Part shown: in pieces, positions 9,958 through 18,193 of the stretch | How positions within the stretch are numbered: the first letter of the stretch is position 1 | How the letters are laid out: each line of letters begins with the position of its first letter | Program-made: the position numbers and the translations under genes | Notes under the pieces: generated by a model | Told to the model about the DNA's origin: nothing | The model's input: only the letters and a program-made list of their open reading frames with translations | Database searches by the model: none | NCBI GenBank assembly: GCA_002772695.1 | Contig: PFDI01000004.1 | Location: forward strand, 326-63,564 | DNA from: Candidatus Pacebacteria bacterium CG10_big_fil_rev_8_21_14_0_10_44_54 | Lineage (GTDB): Bacteria > Patescibacteriota > Microgenomatia > UBA1400 > PJMF01 | Reading direction: 5' to 3' | DNA length: 63,239 nt

Positions 9958-10714
9958 GCTGTATCATACCTTCTTTTTCCAACTGCAAAAATGCGACTGC
10001 AAAATGTTTTTTGTCTCCAGTAATTTTTGCCAGCAATTCATCTTTGGTAAGCAGTGACTCTTGTGTCAGCAAGCGAATAATTTCTCCCCGAACTTGTCTG
10101 GGCGAGCCGACGAATTTTGATTGCTTGGTATAGCCTGTGCTCCTGCGGCCGTGATTACCGGTGAGTTTTTTGAGTACCGAGCCGTAATCCATCAGCGCCC
10201 AGTACCACTCGCGCGGACTTTTTCTGTCAAGGGTCGCATTTATCAATTTGAGTAGTTGCCTGTCAGATACTTTCGACTTGTTTGGAAAAAAGTGATACAA
10301 AAAAACAGTTCGAATGTTGGTCTCGATCATGGTGACAGGTAGGTTATAGCTAAAGGCACGAATTGCAGTTGCAGTATAGGGCCCGATGCCGGGGAGTTTT
10401 TCGAGTTCAGCAAGTGAGTTAGGAAATGGCTTGCCCGCTAGTTTTTGTGCACACTGGTGTAAGTATTTTGCTCGGCGGTTATAACCAAGGCCTTGCCAAA
10501 GCATCATTACTTGATATTGTTTCGCTTTTGCCAAGACAGAAATACTAGGAAATTGCTCTAGAAATGCCAGATACTTTGGGATCACTCGCTCGACTTGGGT
10601 TTGTTGCAGCATGAGCTCTGAGACGAGAATGCGGTAGGGATCGGCTGTTTTGCGCCATGGCAGATCGTGGCGACCGTAGTTTCGATACCATTTTTTAATA
10701 TAACGCTCAAACAT
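9914..10714 (-). CDS. mutY: A/G-specific adenine glycosylase lacking the [4Fe-4S] cysteines
   Basis: RHDLPWR, VSELMLQQTQV, WQGLGYNRRA, LPGIGPYTA HhH. Confidence 0.92.
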   Translation of the reverse strand: MFERYIKKWYRNYGRHDLPWRKTADPYRILVSELMLQQTQVERVIPKYLAFLEQFPSISVLAKAKQYQVMMLWQGLGYNRRAKYLHQCAQKLAGKPFPNSLAELEKLPGIGPYTATAIRAFSYNLPVTMIETNIRTVFLYHFFPNKSKVSDRQLLKLINATLDRKSPREWYWALMDYGSVLKKLTGNHGRRSTGYTKQSKFVGSPRQVRGEIIRLLTQESLLTKDELLAKITGDKKHFAVAFLQLEKEGMIQHDKKVQAGGARWHL

Positions 10715-10738
10715 ACTTGAGTTGCTATACTAGCAGAG

Positions 10739-11494
10739 ATGAATACATTGCGAACAGGATTTGATACAGAACGCTTTCGCAAGGAGTGTCTTGCTCGAGG
10801 AGATTTGGCGCAACTGGCAAAAACCTATGACGGCACATTTTCCGAGATACAGAATGGCAACTCGCCACAGTTTTGGGAAGCAAAGTTTGTTGATACTGAG
10901 TCAGAAACTTTCCCGATGGCTCAAGATCGCAATCAGACTATAGTCTCGCTCCTCCAACCAAACACAAAAGTCCTCAACCTAGGGTCGGGCAAAGGTTTTT
11001 TGGAAGCACTAGTTTGGCAAAAGTTTGCCAACAAAATTGACTTTACCGGGACAGATTTTACTAAGCGGTCTCTTGCTCGACTTGCTAAGTTATATCCAAA
11101 CTACAACTTTTTACATGCCAATCTTCTCCAGCTTCCATTCAAAAAAAAATCCTTTGATTGTGCGTGCTTAATTGAAGTACTGGAGCATATCTCTGCAAGC
11201 CAAACATTTGGTGTTTTGAGTGAACTGCATAGAGTTGTACAACAAAATGGTCGTGTGTTCCTCAGCGTTCCTATCAATGAAGATTTAGAAGAAATGATGC
11301 CACATAACCCAAATGAACATGTGCGGGTTTATAGTGAGGAACTGCTGCGATATGAGTTAGAAACTGCTGGATTCTCTGTTGAGAAAGTCTATAGATTTTC
11401 TGCTTTTAATAGTTTGTATCGATTAAAAAAGATAGTAAACCAAGTGCTCAACTTGAGGCAGCCAAACAATTTGCTACTTGTGTTGCGAAAATAA
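10739..11494 (+). CDS. Class I SAM-dependent methyltransferase (Methyltransf_11-like)
   Basis: VLNLGSGKG, GTD, LPF..FD, EVLEHI. Confidence 0.85.
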   Translation: MNTLRTGFDTERFRKECLARGDLAQLAKTYDGTFSEIQNGNSPQFWEAKFVDTESETFPMAQDRNQTIVSLLQPNTKVLNLGSGKGFLEALVWQKFANKIDFTGTDFTKRSLARLAKLYPNYNFLHANLLQLPFKKKSFDCACLIEVLEHISASQTFGVLSELHRVVQQNGRVFLSVPINEDLEEMMPHNPNEHVRVYSEELLRYELETAGFSVEKVYRFSAFNSLYRLKKIVNQVLNLRQPNNLLLVLRK

Positions 11495-11498
11495 GTTG

Positions 11499-11572
11499 TC
11501 GGGGAGACAGGACTCGAACCTGCGACCTCACGCTCCCAAAGCGCGCACTCTAGCCATCTGAGCTACTCCCCG
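11499..11572 (-). tRNA. tRNA-Pro(UGG)
   Basis: CGGGGAG/CTCCCCG acceptor, CGCGC-TT-TGG-GA-GCGTG anticodon arm. Confidence 0.95.
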
Positions 11573-11595
11573 AGGATCACTATTATAGCAGTTAG

Positions 11596-11678
11596 TGCCT
11601 CGGGTGGGACTCGAACCCACAAGGTCTAGGACCATCAGATTTTAAGTCTGACGCGTATACCAATTCCGCCACCGAGGC
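11596..11678 (-). tRNA. tRNA-Leu(UAA)
   Basis: GCCTCGG/CCGAGGC acceptor, TCAGA-CT-TAA-AA-TCTGA, long variable arm. Confidence 0.95.
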
Positions 11679-11742
11679 GAGGCAGACAGATTATATAACA
11701 CTGCCAATCATTTTGGTTCTCGGGTATAATTCTCCTTTCGCT

Positions 11743-12921
11743 ATGAAGAGCAAAACACTTCTTATTCTCGCGCTTGTGATGATGGTCAATGCATTAAGTT
11801 ATGGCACGATCATTCCTCTGCTCTATCCGTATGCATCGAGATATGGTATTAATCCTCTTGGTTTGAGTTTGTTGTTTGCGTCATTTTCATTATTTCAATT
11901 CTTGGCAACTCCAGTCATCGGTGCGTTGTCTGACAAACATGGTCGCAAACCCCTACTGCTTTTGAGTTTATTTGGTACTAGTTTATCATTGGCATTTTTT
12001 GCTTCCGCTCAAGCATTGTGGCAATTGTTTCTGGCACGGATTCTTGATGGTGCAACCGGGGGAAATATGTCAGTTGCTCAAGCTGTTATCGCAGATTCTG
12101 TCTCTGGAAAGGAACGCTCACGTGCGTTTGGTCTACTTGGTGCCTCGTTTGGTTTTGGATTTTTGATTGGGCCTGCTTTGGGAGGATTTTTGAGCGGCTA
12201 TGGATTGACAGTCCCCTTTTGGTTTGCTTCTGGTCTCGCTCTCGCTGGTACGTTGCTCGGATATTTTTTTCTTGAAGAAACAAATCCCAAGCACAAGCGG
12301 ACGGAGCTTAGCTCTGCTATCAAATTATTGCAGCCACAGGAAATGATATCTGCCCTCAAGATGCCAGTTATTGGAATCCTGCTGGGTTTGACCATTATCA
12401 TTTCGCTGGCAGGAAACGCATTTATTATAGGATTTCAGTCATTTACTGTTGACGTACTTAGTCTTAGTCCCAAAGAAATTGGTCTGCTTTTTACGCTAGC
12501 GGGTTTGATAAGTTTGATCACCCAAACAGGCGGCATCAAACTGCTTGAGCGATTTGTCCCAATCAAAGAAAAACTACTCATGTATTTGTTGAGCGCTGCG
12601 GTTGTTTTCTTGTTAGCTTTAACTTTTGCGAGCACCTTACCGGTCTTTACCATTGTATTGGTATTTTTTATGTTCCCAAATTCAGCAATGGCCCCAGTAC
12701 TCTCTGGAATAATTTCTGAAAATACACCGAGCAACAAACAGGGCAAGGTTTTGGGCATCAACCAGGCTTTTACCTCGCTTGGGCAGATTATCGGTCCAGT
12801 GTTTGCAGGAGTGGTGGCCGACTACTATGTACCGGGGATTTTTACGTTTTCTAGTATGTTGATGTTGGTTGCATTTGTCATTTTGTTCAAACAAATTGTG
12901 TCAATGTCCACTTCGCGGTAG
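11743..12921 (+). CDS. MFS transporter (TetA/DHA1-like); start reassigned to ATG 11743
   Basis: ~12 TM segments, GALSDKHGRKP motif A, ARILDGATGG motif B, GPALGG motif C. Confidence 0.92.
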   Translation: MKSKTLLILALVMMVNALSYGTIIPLLYPYASRYGINPLGLSLLFASFSLFQFLATPVIGALSDKHGRKPLLLLSLFGTSLSLAFFASAQALWQLFLARILDGATGGNMSVAQAVIADSVSGKERSRAFGLLGASFGFGFLIGPALGGFLSGYGLTVPFWFASGLALAGTLLGYFFLEETNPKHKRTELSSAIKLLQPQEMISALKMPVIGILLGLTIIISLAGNAFIIGFQSFTVDVLSLSPKEIGLLFTLAGLISLITQTGGIKLLERFVPIKEKLLMYLLSAAVVFLLALTFASTLPVFTIVLVFFMFPNSAMAPVLSGIISENTPSNKQGKVLGINQAFTSLGQIIGPVFAGVVADYYVPGIFTFSSMLMLVAFVILFKQIVSMSTSR

Positions 12922-12932
12922 AATAGCGAGGC

Positions 12933-13006
12933 GCGGGTGTAGTTCACCGGTAGAATGACTCCCTTCCAAGGAGTAGAAGAGGGTTCGATTCCCTTCACCC
13001 GCTCCA
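12933..13006 (+). tRNA. tRNA-Gly(UCC)
   Basis: GCGGGTG/CACCCGC acceptor, ACTCC-CT-TCC-AA-GGAGT, encoded CCA. Confidence 0.96.
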
Positions 13007-13007
13007 T

Positions 13008-13032
13008 ACCGGACATATGTCCGGTTTTTTTT
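13008..13032 (+). terminator. Intrinsic terminator after tRNA-Gly
   Basis: Perfect palindrome ACCGGAC-ATAT-GTCCGGT followed by a T run. Confidence 0.7.
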
Positions 13033-13110
13033 ATTTCTCCCCAATAAGTCAGCCTTTTCTTGAGTCCGAGCAACAATTTCTGTTAAAATTTCACCAGCCT
13101 GGAGACGCAT

Positions 13111-13332
13111 ATGACCGTAAAGAGAATAGAACCTATTAAAGACACAGCCATATTTACTAAAGAGGAAATTAAAGAATTCAAAGAACTTGCTCTAAAAGAA
13201 TATGGAGTTAAATTAACTGATGAGCAAGCCTTTGAACAGGGCTATGCGTGAGTTTCATTGGTTGAGACTGTGATAAAAAAGACTCTTGAAAAAAGAAGAA
13301 GGTCAAAAGAGCCGCTAAAAAACGGTTTTTGA
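13111..13332 (+). pseudogene. Small helical protein, homologue of 35130-35324, with an internal TGA (13249-13251)
   Basis: Not in ORF track: MTVKRIEPIKDTAIFTKEEIKEFKELALKEYGVKLTDEQAFEQGYA*VSLVETVIKK...; EYGVKLTDEQA aligns with EYGIELDEQTA. Confidence 0.65.
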
Positions 13333-14112
13333 TACTTTTTTAATCCCTTCAATCAATTCATCAATCTCTTCTTTTGTAGGTTCAGTTGACTTTTTATGAT
13401 CACATTTATTTCTTAGATCAGCTAAATGCTGAATTTGCCTCCAAACAGGCGTCTCAATAACGTTATTTCCTTTGAGTAAGTCATTAAGATCACCAATAGT
13501 AGGGTCTTTTTTAGCGACTTTTGATCCATGATTATCACACACTTGCAAAAGATGTGATTCTAGTACAACTCCCGCTATTGCACCGGCTCCCCGAGCAAAT
13601 CCACTATTATTTAGCTCTTGAGCAGCATCTAACTCTGAGTCAAGTAAATCTGCTTGAACTAATTGCTTTATATCAAAAAGAGAGCTTTGGAATCTTTGCT
13701 TTACAGCCTTTAGTATGTTTAATTGCTGTTCAAATTTTGGAATTGCAGCGCTTTTATCAACAACTATCTCTTTTTCCCATCCGCGCGTAAGTTGAAGTCC
13801 TTGTAAATAGTCCTCGACTACATAATTTTCATAGGATATTTCTTTTCTGGATTTTGGTTTTGCAAACAACCTAGTAAAATCATCTAGCCGATCAGGTAAT
13901 AGTTGTCTGATGATCGTCAGAGACTCAGAGTACCACGACTGGTATGTCTCCTCAAATTTAGGTAAATCTTTTATAAAATCTTTCGCCTTTTCACCTAGCC
14001 GCTCTTTAACTTTAGCGGGGTGGCAAGCATAAAGCATTGCATTATACAGGTGATCACCTTTATCAATGAGAGTCTCCAGATCCTTTTTGTATTTTTGAAG
14101 GTTATTCATCAT
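13315..14112 (-). CDS. HEPN (DUF4145-like) domain protein, putative RNase/defence effector
   Basis: AGAIAGVVLE helix, TIGDLNDLL, R-X4-H motif RNKCDH near the C-terminus. Confidence 0.7.
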   Translation of the reverse strand: MMNNLQKYKKDLETLIDKGDHLYNAMLYACHPAKVKERLGEKAKDFIKDLPKFEETYQSWYSESLTIIRQLLPDRLDDFTRLFAKPKSRKEISYENYVVEDYLQGLQLTRGWEKEIVVDKSAAIPKFEQQLNILKAVKQRFQSSLFDIKQLVQADLLDSELDAAQELNNSGFARGAGAIAGVVLESHLLQVCDNHGSKVAKKDPTIGDLNDLLKGNNVIETPVWRQIQHLADLRNKCDHKKSTEPTKEEIDELIEGIKKVSKTVF

Positions 14113-14162
14113 TCTCCTAAGATTGATTGACTATATCAAAAAATAACACTTTTTTCTATAAT

Positions 14163-14705
14163 ATGATCATGATTTACTTCACTTTAACCGGCAATATCGA
14201 TGCTTCAAATACTCAGGGATTAATCCATTTCTTCAATAGCCAGATTATTGACCAAAACTACACTGATACCCTCACTATTTTTCTATCCTCTATAGGGGGT
14301 GATATTGATGCCGCAGTCCGCGTTTATGATTTTTTAAAGTCAATTCCCAATAAAGTACACACTATTGGTTTTGGGCAAATCGATTCAGCTGCAATTACAA
14401 TATTTCTTGCCGGTGACAAGCGAACAGTTTTAAAGAAGACCCGATTTAGATTTCATGAACCAACCTACTACATGCAGCAATCGGATTCTGTTTTGGCATT
14501 CTTTGAGGAAAGAGTTCGGTTATTCCATCAGCTTGATAAAAGAATGAAGGAGATCACATCTGAACAGACTGGTAAAAGTCTTACTCAAATAAGCAAGCTT
14601 TATTCAGAAGGAAAAATACTGGATACTGTTGAAGCAAAAAGCTTGGGTCTGGTAAGTGAGATCGTTAGTGAAATGCCGAAACCAACAACCTTACCTACTC
14701 CCTGA
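14163..14705 (+). CDS. ClpP-like serine protease (start at ATG 14163 or 14169)
   Basis: IFLSSIGGD, GFGQIDSAAITIFLAG (catalytic Ser), RFHEP (His), EAKSLGLV. Confidence 0.8.
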   Translation: MIMIYFTLTGNIDASNTQGLIHFFNSQIIDQNYTDTLTIFLSSIGGDIDAAVRVYDFLKSIPNKVHTIGFGQIDSAAITIFLAGDKRTVLKKTRFRFHEPTYYMQQSDSVLAFFEERVRLFHQLDKRMKEITSEQTGKSLTQISKLYSEGKILDTVEAKSLGLVSEIVSEMPKPTTLPTP

Positions 14706-14819
14706 TAAACTTAAGAAACTTTTGATGCCGACATGACTCTTTAGTGCAGTGAGTTGTAGAATTAAGTCAGGGGTGATCGACTCACGCAGGTTCGAGCGAA
14801 GTACGGTGACCCGCTCCAT
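14691..14819 (-). other. Orphan recombinase C-terminal tail/att arm at the distal end of the Gly islet
   Basis: Reads MERVTVLRSNLRESITPDLILQL... from the duplicated core, in the same frame as MERV at the tRNA junction. Confidence 0.55.
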
Positions 14820-14820
14820 A
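14809..14820 (+). repeat. att core duplicate of the tRNA-Gly 3' end
   Basis: ACCCGCTCCATA identical to 12997-13008. Confidence 0.85.
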
Positions 14821-14872
14821 TCCGTACCGTTCCAAAACGGGCACGTTTTCGTACTGTACCCACAAAGTTTAT

Positions 14873-15055
14873 ATGAAAATCACACACAGCAACCTTGTCT
14901 TTACCCGAATGTCATATGAGAATGAGCTAGAGCTTGAAAAAGCAGTTGTTGCTAACTCAAAGCAAATGTTTGGGTCAAAATCCGTATATTTTGACATCAA
15001 GAAGCGAGTAAAAAACGGGATGGGCAAAGAATTGTTACTAAGAAGCAATAAATAA
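14873..15055 (+). pseudogene. Probable 5' fragment of a larger accessory gene
   Basis: YENELELEKAVVANSKQMFG..VYFDIKKR looks like an N-terminal domain; early stop with a short open frame downstream. Confidence 0.35.
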
Positions 15056-15298
15056 AGCTCCAGGGCTCAAAGAGCAGATAGAAAAGCTGGTTCAATTTAC
15101 TAAATTCAGTGGTATCGGAGAATCTCTTGAGGGAGCTAGTAAGATGTCTGATATTTTTTAAGACAACCATCCGCTAGTAATATGCGGCTAAACTTAGCAG
15201 TAAGCACAATATGTTGTGTTATTCACACATGACATCACTATATTTTTTGGGATAAGAGCCAGTTATTATAGCAAGAAGGATTTATTGTATTGTCGTTC

Positions 15299-15335
15299 AA
15301 AAAAAACAAAAACCCCCACAGTACTGTGAGGGTTT
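15299..15335 (-). terminator. Intrinsic terminator downstream of hsp20
   Basis: Minus strand AAACCCTCACAG-TA-CTGTGGGGGTTT followed by TTGTTTTTTT. Confidence 0.75.
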
Positions 15336-15360
15336 CGTTCTGTCCAGCTAGCGCATGCTG

Positions 15361-15780
15361 TTACTTTTGTTTTTTTGTAACAGTGAGCTTCTTTGGTTTA
15401 GAAGCCTCAGCTTTTTTGAAAGTTACAACGACAACGCCGTCTTCTACCTCTGCAGTAGGTTCTTTGTTGTAGTCGATAGTGCCGGGTACTGCAACTCGGT
15501 ACGAGTAGCTCCAGCTTGATCTGCTGTAGTGCTTTTTATCTGCATCATCAGTTTTCTCTTCCTTCTCCGCCTTTACCCAAAGCACACCTTTTTCGAAGGT
15601 GATATCGACCTTGTCTGCTGGTACGCCAGCAACATTGGCTCGGACGACAACTTCGTCGGCTGTTTCGTAAACATCAAGGTTGTTGCTTGCTGCAGAAACA
15701 GTGGTGAGCTCATCATCATCCCAGACTGACGGCCAACGACTTAGCATATTTGCAAGCGGACTATATCTTACTAGTGACAT
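15361..15780 (-). CDS. Hsp20/alpha-crystallin small heat-shock protein
   Basis: LDVYET, ANVAGV, GVLWVKAEK, AEVEDGVVVVTFKK. Confidence 0.92.
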   Translation of the reverse strand: MSLVRYSPLANMLSRWPSVWDDDELTTVSAASNNLDVYETADEVVVRANVAGVPADKVDITFEKGVLWVKAEKEEKTDDADKKHYSRSSWSYSYRVAVPGTIDYNKEPTAEVEDGVVVVTFKKAEASKPKKLTVTKKQK

Positions 15781-15796
15781 AAAGCTCCTTTCGCTA

Positions 15797-15863
15797 TTAG
15801 CACTCTACTTATTACTCTGCTAGAAGTATGCCAAAATTAGCAGAGGTTGTCAAGTACTGCTAA
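15797..15863 (-). promoter_or_regulatory. Two CIRCE-like (HrcA) operators overlapping the hsp20 promoter
   Basis: TTAGCACTC-N9-CTCTGCTAG (15797-15823) and TTAGCAGAG-N9-TACTGCTAA (15837-15863); minus-strand TTGACA-17 nt-CATACT. Confidence 0.75.
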
Positions 15864-16554
15864 TAGGTGGAGAAATCTCAAGTATGTTGGCGTCACCAAG
15901 TTGCTCAAGCGAGTAAGGACCAAATTTTGTTCTGACCAGCTTGACAACCTCATAGCCGATCCGGCGCATCATGCGACGAATCTCATGTTTTTTGCCTTCT
16001 GACAAAGTGATTTCAAGTAGCGTGGTGCTTTCGTCAGTATCTAGAATTTCGGCAGAATCTGGCGCAACATAACCCTCTTTGAGCTTGACGCCCCTCTTGA
16101 GATGTTCGAATGCCAAAAAACTAACTTTTCCCGCTACGGTTACTTCATATGATTTCTTTACATCAAACGATGGATGAAGCAATGTGTTGGCATACTCGCC
16201 GTCGTTGGTTAGCAAGAGTAGTCCTTCGCTCTCTTTGTCGAGCCTGCCCACGGGAAAGAGGCGTTCTTCGATATCATTTGGAACCAGTGACAAGACCGTT
16301 TTTCGCCCATGTTCATCTGAGGTAGAAGAGACTAGGCCAGCTGGTTTGTAGACAATGAAGTAGCGTAGTTTTTCTGGTTTTGTAATGTTTTTGTTGTCAA
16401 AAGTGATTGTATCGGTTGTTGTATCGACCCGTTGGCCAATGTGAGCTGGTTTGCCATTGACCTGCACCCGGTTGGCAAGAATCATGTTCTCTGCCTTTCT
16501 TCGTGACGCAACTCCTGCTTGTGCAAGTGCTTGTTGTAATTTCATGTTCGGCAT
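15850..16554 (-). CDS. rRNA pseudouridine synthase (RsuA/RluB family, S4 domain)
   Basis: AGVASRRKAE S4 domain, GRLDKESEGLLLLTNDG, EGKKHEIRRM. Confidence 0.93.
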   Translation of the reverse strand: MPNMKLQQALAQAGVASRRKAENMILANRVQVNGKPAHIGQRVDTTTDTITFDNKNITKPEKLRYFIVYKPAGLVSSTSDEHGRKTVLSLVPNDIEERLFPVGRLDKESEGLLLLTNDGEYANTLLHPSFDVKKSYEVTVAGKVSFLAFEHLKRGVKLKEGYVAPDSAEILDTDESTTLLEITLSEGKKHEIRRMMRRIGYEVVKLVRTKFGPYSLEQLGDANILEISPPISST

Positions 16555-16576
16555 GGTGATAGTATACTCTCTCGAT

Positions 16577-17617
16577 ATGCAAAATTGGCAAAGAGCACTT
16601 CAAGATTCCGGCTTTAAGCATAAGCTGCTGTTGAGAGAAAAAGTAATCGACACGATTCGTGAGTTTTTCAAATCACAGAAATTTCACGAGGTTGAAACCC
16701 CTTTGTTGGTGCAGCATGCCGACCCAGAGACCAGCATTTCACCATTCATCTCGTGCTTGGATCAAATAGACAAAAAATATCAAGGATTTTTGACTACCAG
16801 TCCTGAATTTGCTATGAAAAAGTTGCTTGCCGGTGGGTTTGGCAATATTTTTCAGATTTGCAAGAGCTTTCGCAATGGCGAGCCTATTAGTTCTCGCCAC
16901 AATCCTGAGTTTACTATTCTTGAGTGGTATAGAACTGAAGCTGATTACACCGATATAATGGATGATTGTGAAGCTTTGCTGAAATTTATCGCTGCTGAGC
17001 TCGGATTGACATCACTGCAATACCAGGGTGTTGAGTACGTTCTCAATCAGACATGGGAGCGACTTTCTGTCGCCGAAGCATTTGCCAAGTATGCTGGAAT
17101 AGATGAAGTAACGTTGCTTAATCCTACTGCCTTTTTGCAGGTGGCAAAAGAAAAAGGTTATGCAGTAGCCCCAGAAAATACTTTTCAAGAATTATTCGAT
17201 CAGATTTTTGTTAATGAAATCGAACCGCGACTTGGGCAGAACACGCCAACAATTCTCTATGATTACCTCGCTTCTCAAGCAGCCTTGGCTCGTAAGAAAC
17301 CAAGTGACCCTCGCTATGCCGAGCGATTTGAGTTTTACATAGCTGGCATCGAGCTTGGTAATGCATTTTCAGAACTTGCCGATTGGCAAGAACAGCAAGC
17401 GCGGCTGGAGGAGCAAAACGTACAGCGCAAAAAACTTGGCTTGCCAATTGTCGGAGTCGACCAGAATTTTATTACAGCGATCAAATCTGGTATTCCGCAA
17501 ACTGGTGGTATTGCGGTTGGCGTTGATCGGCTTATCATGTTATTTGCAGATGAGACAAACATTGCAAATACGCTCTTATTTCCCGCAGCTGATGTGTTTT
17601 CACTTGAGGACGCATGA
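16577..17617 (+). CDS. epmA: EF-P lysine ligase EpmA (GenX/PoxA); start reassigned to ATG 16577
   Basis: TSPEFAMKKLLA, FRNGE..HNPEFTILEWY, ELGNAFSEL, GVDRL; no anticodon-binding domain; adjacent to efp. Confidence 0.9.
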   Translation: MQNWQRALQDSGFKHKLLLREKVIDTIREFFKSQKFHEVETPLLVQHADPETSISPFISCLDQIDKKYQGFLTTSPEFAMKKLLAGGFGNIFQICKSFRNGEPISSRHNPEFTILEWYRTEADYTDIMDDCEALLKFIAAELGLTSLQYQGVEYVLNQTWERLSVAEAFAKYAGIDEVTLLNPTAFLQVAKEKGYAVAPENTFQELFDQIFVNEIEPRLGQNTPTILYDYLASQAALARKKPSDPRYAERFEFYIAGIELGNAFSELADWQEQQARLEEQNVQRKKLGLPIVGVDQNFITAIKSGIPQTGGIAVGVDRLIMLFADETNIANTLLFPAADVFSLEDA

Positions 17618-17632
17618 TACAATTCTGACTCT

Positions 17633-18193
17633 ATGACGATCAAAGCAGGCAATATTCGCAAGGGCATGTATATTTTGTTCAAGCAAGCACCACATTTGGT
17701 GACCAAAACAGATTTTATGAGTCCCGGCAAAGGATCTGCTTTAATGCGGATAAAACTCAAGAGTATTCTTGGATCTGGAACAACTGATTTTACCTATAAA
17801 TCAAATGAAAGTGTTGAAGAAGTTGAGGTTTCAAGCAAGCAAATGCAGTATTTATATAAGGACGGCGATGAGCTTGTTTTTATGGATGGCACTACGTTTG
17901 AGCAACTGAGTGTGCCGATAGAGTTGGTTGGTGATCAACATCAATTGCTGAAGGAAGAACAGCAGGTATATGTACTTTTGTTTGATGAAAAGCCAATAGG
18001 AGTCCGTTTGCCGGACAAAGTAACACTGCTCGTATCGCATGCAGAGGATGCAGATGGAGGCAATACAGTTGGACAGGCTCGCAAAATGGTTGAGCTTGAA
18101 ACAGGTTTTTCGCTTCTCGCCCCACTTTTTGTGAAAACTGGCGACTCACTGATTATCGACACGACCTCGATGAGTTATTTTTCTCGAGCTTAA
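17633..18193 (+). CDS. efp: Elongation factor P
   Basis: SPGKGSA loop with Lys, QYLYKDG, FMD..TFEQ, PLFVKTGD. Confidence 0.95.
   Translation: MTIKAGNIRKGMYILFKQAPHLVTKTDFMSPGKGSALMRIKLKSILGSGTTDFTYKSNESVEEVEVSSKQMQYLYKDGDELVFMDGTTFEQLSVPIELVGDQHQLLKEEQQVYVLLFDEKPIGVRLPDKVTLLVSHAEDADGGNTVGQARKMVELETGFSLLAPLFVKTGDSLIIDTTSMSYFSRA

Larger units (their letters stand above)
12997..14820. mobile_element. 1.8-kb recombinase-less genomic islet integrated in the tRNA-Gly(UCC) 3' end
   Basis: 12-bp direct repeat ACCCGCTCCATA at 12997-13008 (tRNA 3' end) and 14809-14820; accessory cargo inside. Confidence 0.85.

Noticed and set aside
12825-13110. ORFs 12825..13076 and 12901..13110 (-)
   Set aside because: They read through the antisense of tRNA-Gly and the MFS end. 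They are junction artefacts, useful only as evidence for the att frame.
13249-13251. In-frame TGA as a sign of genetic code 25 or read-through
   Set aside because: Conserved genes such as elp3 and epmA end correctly at TGA; a nonsense mutation is simpler.
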